A stretch of 64,000 nucleotides of DNA from Candidatus Latescibacterota bacterium (lineage in GTDB: Bacteria > Latescibacterota > UBA2968 > UBA8231), in contig OZ241867.1 in NCBI GenBank assembly GCA_965203175.1, positions 1,888,001 through 1,952,000 on the forward strand. The letters are read 5' to 3'. Of this stretch, positions 58,616 to 64,000 are shown piece after piece (position 1 is the stretch's first letter; each line of letters starts with the position of its first letter). Position numbers and translations under genes: made by a program. The notes below the pieces were generated by a model that was not told the origin of the DNA, searched no databases, and saw nothing but the letters and a program-made list of their open reading frames with translations.

Positions 58616-61600
58616 GGCGTCCTCCTCCCCGCCATGCCCCCAAACCTATAAGTAACCGCCAGCTTGAACCGCCGGCCTTTGGAACTATGGGTCAAGCCAT
58701 CGTGGGCGAGTTCTCGATTGACCAAGGGCGGCTTAGCGTCGGTCAGGTTTAGTGCCGAGAGGGTGAGGCCGAGCCCATCGGACAAGTTGCACAGCAGGTT
58801 CAGGTCCCAAGTGAAGAAGGGATCGATAGTGCGGAAATCGGAGTCCACGGCCTCCCGCTGGTCTTCGTAGGACGAGATGTAGTTCAGGTGCTGGACTAGA
58901 CTGTAGGTCCCCCAGTGGTAGCCGGTGGCTAGCCGCCATTTCCATTGCGGAATCGGCACCGCAATCGGAATGGACTCGTTCAGGTAGCCAGCGGCCTCCT
59001 GTGCCGGTTGGAGTTCGAGCCCGTTCAGGAGCAGCGCCCGCACCCGATACTCGCGGGTGTAGGTGCCATCCAAGCCACTGGAAAGTTCGCCCGCCCCAAT
59101 CGGGAACCGAGTGCTCAAGTGCCAGTCGAAACCAGAGGTCTTGAGGCCGGGCCAATTGACGAGGTTGACCTGCACCCGTTCAATGGTAGCCGGATCGCAG
59201 GTGCCAGTGCCCACCCCATCCGCGCAGCCGATGTATTGCTTTACGGCTTCTCTGGTCGCCTCTTCACTGTACAGGTCGGCGATCCGGCTGTAGGGCAGGA
59301 CATCAATCACGTTTTCAAAGTCGTAGCTCCAGTAGTCGAGCGTCAGGCTGGCGCGCTTGAGCAGGAGGACGAGACCAGCGTTATACGTGAGGGCCTGTTC
59401 GGGCACGAGGTCGTTATTGCCGCGCGTGTCGATGGCCTTCCAGCCGCCGGTTGAGGCCACCCAGTTGGAGGATGTGCGCTGGTCCTCGTTGAGATCGTCC
59501 ACCGAGGGGGTGCGAAAGGTCGTTTGCACCGAGCCGCGCCACTCCATGGAGTGGCGCGGCGACTCCGAGAGGCGATAGCTGACGGCGAGTTTGGGATTAA
59601 AGCTGCTGGCGACGTCGTGGAACTCGTAGTTGGCGGCAAACTGGGCGTCGAGGTTGCCGCCGAGGCTCAGGGGCAGTTCGCCAAAGAAGCGGTGTACCGT
59701 TTGGGCATCCTCGTACGGATAGTACCCAGCCGTGAACGTGAACGACCCCGCCTTCTCCGCGCAGTCTTTGCTGCCCAGCACCGCGCAGGGGTTGATATCG
59801 AGGTTGCCCGGCTCGTTGGGGAACGCCGATACGTCGAAGTGACGGAACTGGTAGCCGACGGCGTAGCTGGCCACGTCCTCGATCCACGTGCCGGTCAAGG
59901 TGGCATCGACGACCTCCAGCGTGGCTGTATTGTCCAGATTGACCTCTTGGTTGATCCAAGCGAGCAGTTCGGGGCTGTTTGCAAGGCCGGGAGCGTAGGT
60001 GGGATTGACCTCGTTCTCGAACGCCGCGCCCGGCTGCTGCGCGTACTGTAAGGCGTTGCTGAATGGATTGTAGTACATGCAGTCGCCGGTGCCGGCGACC
60101 TTGTCGTGGTCGGCAATCGCCATGTCGGCCGGAGCATTCGCATCCGCCACCACATCGACGCCGCAGTCCGGGCCGCCAAAGCCGCGGAAGGCGAGGAACT
60201 TGCGGTAGTGATATTCCGCCGGGAAGTTGATGTTGCCGGTAGCGCGGGAGTAACTGGCCGCCAAGTCGAGGCGGATGTTCTTGCCCAAATCGCGGTCGAA
60301 GGCGGCGGCGATCCGCTGAGTGCGGGACTGGCGATTCAGGATCCGCTCGGGACCGCTGTTGCCCACTAGCCGCCCAAAGAAGTACCAGTCGTCGGCCAGG
60401 CAAGCCTCTTGAGAGTCAAACCCCACCGCCTCCCAAGAGGCCGCGCAAAACGCCTGCCGCCCCGGATGGCCCGACTCGACCAAATGGGTGCCGTCGTAGG
60501 GCGAGATGGGCGGGAAGGAGGGCGTGGTGTACCAATCGGGGATGGCCGCCTCGGCCCACAGACCCTCAAAGTGGTAGCTCGACTGCTCGTCCCACTGGCC
60601 GTTGATTTCGGCGAAGGCGCGGGTGTGGGTGCTCTTTTCGATGAGGTTGTCCCACGCCTGATAGCGGAAGCGGCAGGTTTCGTCCTCGACCTCAAAACCG
60701 CCAAAGTTCGTGCAGCCGGGATCCACAAAGCGCCGACCGGCTGCGCCGTAGTGCTCGTCGATGAGCGCCGAGGCAAATTCGGCCCTGCTCTCGTTGCCCG
60801 ACAGGTTCGGCATGAGGAACGCACCCGGGTTGCCGTAGTACGACCAGCCACCGGCTGCGCCCGGGATATACGAGCGCAGTGTCCAATCTCGCTCTTCGGC
60901 TTTGAGTTCTTGGCGGCTCATCCGCTCCACTGAAAGGACGGCGTGGGCATTGCCGAGCGCTCCGCCCCAGATTGCGCCGAGGTTGGAATCGCCGGCCTGG
61001 GCAAAGTGGTCGTAGGAGCCGGTGACTTCAAAGCCGGCAAACTCGTCCCGGGTTACGAAGTTGGCCACTCCGGCCACTGCATCCGAGCCGTAGATGGCCG
61101 AAGCGCCCTCCTTGAGCACCTCAAGGCGGTCAATGGCGATGGAGGGAAACGCGTTCACATCGACGAAGCGCCCGCCGATCAGGCGCGCCGGGACGTAGGT
61201 ATGGCGGCGGCCATTGAGCAGCACCAAGGTCCGCGAAGCTCCCAAGCCGCGCAGGTTGACATTGGCCACCGTCTCGGGCACAACATTGCCGGGGATGGCA
61301 TTGTACCAACTGTTCGCCTCGCCGATCACACCGTGGCTCGCGCCCAAGTTCTTGAAGAAATCAACCGCCTGCGGCGACCCTTGTTCCGCCATCTGTTCCC
61401 GCCCGACCACCGTCACCGCATAGGGCAGGTTGATGGGCGATTTTTCAAAGGCCGTGCCGGTCACAGCCACTTCTTCGAGGAGGAACGCGGAGGGCTTTAT
61501 CCGCAACTCGACGGTCGCGGTCTGTCCGGCCTGCACTGCGACGACCGCGGTCTCGGTAGAGTAGCCGATCAACCCGGCCTGCACTTCGTGTCCGCCCACC

Positions 61601-61797
61601 GGCACATCGGCAATAGTGAATCGGCCCTGCGCATCCGACATCCCGCCCACATCCAAGGCCGGGATGTAAACCAAGGCCGTTTCCAGCGCGTCACCGCTGC
61701 CGTCGTCAACCACCGTGACGACGATGGTTCCGGTCGCTTGTGCCTGCACCGATGCGGCCCAGAGCAACATCGCAAGGCACGCGTTCCAAAGTCTCAT
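58612..61797 (-). CDS. TonB-dependent receptor with N-terminal carboxypeptidase-regulatory-like domain
   Basis: Signal peptide, LEEVAVTG TonB-box region, [36 protein letters not shown] plug, NLTD..PP, terminal beta strand VTYRF. Confidence 0.92.
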   Translation of the reverse strand: MRLWNACLAMLLWAASVQAQATGTIVVTVVDDGSGDALETALVYIPALDVGGMSDAQGRFTIADVPVGGHEVQAGLIGYSTETAVVAVQAGQTATVELRIKPSAFLLEEVAVTGTAFEKSPINLPYAVTVVGREQMAEQGSPQAVDFFKNLGASHGVIGEANSWYNAIPGNVVPETVANVNLRGLGASRTLVLLNGRRHTYVPARLIGGRFVDVNAFPSIAIDRLEVLKEGASAIYGSDAVAGVANFVTRDEFAGFEVTGSYDHFAQAGDSNLGAIWGGALGNAHAVLSVERMSRQELKAEERDWTLRSYIPGAAGGWSYYGNPGAFLMPNLSGNESRAEFASALIDEHYGAAGRRFVDPGCTNFGGFEVEDETCRFRYQAWDNLIEKSTHTRAFAEINGQWDEQSSYHFEGLWAEAAIPDWYTTPSFPPISPYDGTHLVESGHPGRQAFCAASWEAVGFDSQEACLADDWYFFGRLVGNSGPERILNRQSRTQRIAAAFDRDLGKNIRLDLAASYSRATGNINFPAEYHYRKFLAFRGFGGPDCGVDVVADANAPADMAIADHDKVAGTGDCMYYNPFSNALQYAQQPGAAFENEVNPTYAPGLANSPELLAWINQEVNLDNTATLEVVDATLTGTWIEDVASYAVGYQFRHFDVSAFPNEPGNLDINPCAVLGSKDCAEKAGSFTFTAGYYPYEDAQTVHRFFGELPLSLGGNLDAQFAANYEFHDVASSFNPKLAVSYRLSESPRHSMEWRGSVQTTFRTPSVDDLNEDQRTSSNWVASTGGWKAIDTRGNNDLVPEQALTYNAGLVLLLKRASLTLDYWSYDFENVIDVLPYSRIADLYSEEATREAVKQYIGCADGVGTGTCDPATIERVQVNLVNWPGLKTSGFDWHLSTRFPIGAGELSSGLDGTYTREYRVRALLLNGLELQPAQEAAGYLNESIPIAVPIPQWKWRLATGYHWGTYSLVQHLNYISSYEDQREAVDSDFRTIDPFFTWDLNLLCNLSDGLGLTLSALNLTDAKPPLVNRELAHDGLTHSSKGRRFKLAVTYRFGGMAGRRTP

Positions 61798-61832
61798 AGC
61801 ATCCTCCCCCTTTTAAACGTCCGTCTTCTTCG

Positions 61833-63383
61833 TCAGCGAATCCGTTCGCTGCGCAGCCCCATCCAGACGCAGACGGCCATTCCCAAGAGGACAAGAGCGA
61901 ACGGAAAGCCGGTTGCAAGCGAGGCCGCTTGCAGCGAATCCAGCCCTCCCCCAAGCAGGAGCGCGATAGCGACTAACCCTTCAATAGTACACCAGAAGAC
62001 GCGTTGCGCTACTGGGGCATCAACGTTGCCGCCGGCTGCAATGGTGTCCAGAATCAACGAGCCGGAGTCCGACGAGGTAACGAAAAATACGATGGTCAGC
62101 AGGAGCGCCACCGATGAAAGTAGCTTGGTCAGCGGTAGTTGGTCGAACATTTTGAACAATGCAATTTCCAGCTTCCACGCCGCAACATTCTCCGTTACAC
62201 CGGTATAGCCCTCAACCATATTCTGGTGGAGGGCCGTGCCGCCAAAGGCACCAAACCACAGCAAGCATAACAGCATCGGCGGAATGAGGACAAAAATCGT
62301 GAATTCGCGCACAGTGCGGCCCTTGGAAATGCGGGCAATGAACGTACCGATAAAGGGTGCCCAGGCAAACCACCATGCCCAGTAGAAGGTCGTCCAACCG
62401 TGCAGGAAATCCACATCCTCGCGCCCTACCCAGTTACTGAGCGGCACGATATTGGCGAAATAGCTGCCGAGCGTGGAGAACATACTGCGAAAAATGTAGA
62501 GCGTCGGACCGAGTGCAATAACCGCCAGCAGTAACAACAACGCGACAATGATGTTGAACTGGCTAAGGCGCTTGATCCCGACATTAATACCCGCCAACAC
62601 CGAGGTCAGTGCGATGGACGTAATCACCACAATCAGCACCACCATAGTGGTATTCGTCGCGGGGATATCGAACAAATAGTTCAGACCGGAGGTTAGTTGT
62701 TTAACCCCCAAGCCAAGCGAGGTCGCAAGCCCGAACAGACCGGCGAAGATGGCGAACGTATCAATGATGTGGCCGGGCCAGCCCCAGATGCGGTCGCCGA
62801 ACAAGGGATAGAACGCCGAGCGAATGGTGAGTGGCAAGCCCCGATTGTAGGCGAAGTACGCGAGCGCGAGCCCCACGACGCCGTAAATACCCCAACCGTG
62901 CAACCCCCAGTGAAAAACGGTTGCCGCGATGCCAACGGCAGCGGCTTCTTCTGTGCCGGCGGGAAGGCCGAGCGGCGGCTTCTGGAAGTAGTAGATCGGC
63001 TCTGCCACCCCGTAAAACAGCAGACCAATGCCCACGCCAGCCGCAAAGAGCATGGCAAACCAAGTCGCGTTGGAGTACTCGGGTTTTGCATCGGCTCCCC
63101 CGAGGCGCACCTTGCCGAGCGGCGAGCACGCTACATACAGGCAAAAGAGCAAGGTGAGATTGGCGGAAATCAGGAAAAACCAATCGAGGTTTGTCGTGAG
63201 CCACGCGCGGGTATTTTTGAAAACTTCCGTCGCGGATTCCTGGAAGACGAGTGCCCCAGCGACAAAGGCGACGATGGTTATACTGGAGATTGAGAATACG
63301 GGAGTCAGATAGATATCTAAACCGAATAGCTTCCGGTACTCTCCGTCATCCAGCAGCTGTGGTTGTTTTTTATTTTTACACAT
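61833..63383 (-). CDS. BCCT family (betaine/carnitine/choline) transporter
   Basis: WFAMLFAAGVGIG, FHWGLHGW, WT.FYWAWWFAWAP, ARISKGRT.RE, FFVTSSDS. Confidence 0.93.
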   Translation of the reverse strand: MCKNKKQPQLLDDGEYRKLFGLDIYLTPVFSISSITIVAFVAGALVFQESATEVFKNTRAWLTTNLDWFFLISANLTLLFCLYVACSPLGKVRLGGADAKPEYSNATWFAMLFAAGVGIGLLFYGVAEPIYYFQKPPLGLPAGTEEAAAVGIAATVFHWGLHGWGIYGVVGLALAYFAYNRGLPLTIRSAFYPLFGDRIWGWPGHIIDTFAIFAGLFGLATSLGLGVKQLTSGLNYLFDIPATNTTMVVLIVVITSIALTSVLAGINVGIKRLSQFNIIVALLLLLAVIALGPTLYIFRSMFSTLGSYFANIVPLSNWVGREDVDFLHGWTTFYWAWWFAWAPFIGTFIARISKGRTVREFTIFVLIPPMLLCLLWFGAFGGTALHQNMVEGYTGVTENVAAWKLEIALFKMFDQLPLTKLLSSVALLLTIVFFVTSSDSGSLILDTIAAGGNVDAPVAQRVFWCTIEGLVAIALLLGGGLDSLQAASLATGFPFALVLLGMAVCVWMGLRSERIR

Positions 63384-63397
63384 ATCGTGAGGAGCAA

Positions 63398-64000
63398 TTA
63401 ATACTCTCCGACTACAGCGTAGTTAGCCTCACCCTCGACAATGCGCAAGAGGCGGTTGGCAGGCACTCCTTCCCAAATCTGGCCTTTGCCGCTGGGCCAG
63501 CGAACCTCCAACCGCTCCACTTGGTCAGCCCGACCCAACCCCAAGTGCAGAGCCAGAGCGTTGCTCGAACCAAAACCGTAGCCGCTAGCCACTTGGCCAT
63601 GGACTTGTCGGTCCTCGCAATAGACTACGACCCGCGCCCCAATGGCGTCGCGATTACTAGCTGTACCCACCAGTTTCAGCCCCAGATAATTGCCGACAGG
63701 TCCGTCGTTGCGATAGAGACTATTGGGCCAAACATCGGCGTCGTAGTGGCCGCCCAAGCCCGCGTACAAATCTATATCGCCATCGGCGTCAAAATCGGCA
63801 AAGGTAGCGCCGTGTCCCTTGCCTAAATTGCCGACTCCTGCGGCGGATGTCACTTCGACAAAACGACCGTCACCCTGATTGAGAAAGAGGGCATTAGGTT
63901 CGAGCCGGTACATCTCAGGGCCGCCATTAGCCAAGTAGATGTCTGGAAAACCATTGTTGTCGACGTCGCCTAGGCCAATGCCCATCGAGCCGAACGAGCG
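63398..64000 (-). CDS. CRTAC1-like FG-GAP repeat protein with ASPIC/UnbV domain, 5' end outside the window
   Basis: GDVDNNGFPDIY, ADFDADGDIDLY, SNRDAIGARV, LHLGLG, VRWPSG. Confidence 0.88.
   Translation of the reverse strand, partial: RSFGSMGIGLGDVDNNGFPDIYLANGGPEMYRLEPNALFLNQGDGRFVEVTSAAGVGNLGKGHGATFADFDADGDIDLYAGLGGHYDADVWPNSLYRNDGPVGNYLGLKLVGTASNRDAIGARVVVYCEDRQVHGQVASGYGFGSSNALALHLGLGRADQVERLEVRWPSGKGQIWEGVPANRLLRIVEGEANYAVVGEY

Overview
High-GC bacterial chromosome segment with about 58 CDS and one tRNA-Glu(TTC). I found no rRNA, CRISPR array, integrase or transposase. Housekeeping genes (mtnP, Rad3/DinG-type helicase-nuclease, modABC, acnA, UbiD-family decarboxylase, pdxST) are interleaved with a large catabolic repertoire: six PhyH-type Fe(II)/2-oxoglutarate dioxygenases, three enolase-superfamily enzymes, TIM-barrel sugar isomerases, a sulfatase/lyase-like/GH88-like locus, amidases and amidohydrolases. 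There are also two type II toxin-antitoxin cassettes and ankyrin, NHL and FG-GAP repeat proteins. This profile resembles marine or sponge-associated Latescibacterota/Poribacteria-like genomes (inference only). The most unusual sequence-level signal is a recurring pattern of duplicated or displaced gene 3' ends around very small inserts: an 80-bp direct repeat at 16046/16416 whose three differences are all synonymous, an orphan alternative C-terminus behind an XRE regulator at 46623-46703, and a probable displaced gene tail behind a TA cassette at 27103-27129. A 27-bp dispersed element sits inside two gene ends. The most unusual gene-level signals are a BCCT-TonB receptor-DUF1538x2-PII-like-CBS operon and a PAL-like lyase with all catalytic motifs divergently paired with a PhyH dioxygenase. 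All product calls come from motif recognition by eye, not from database searches.
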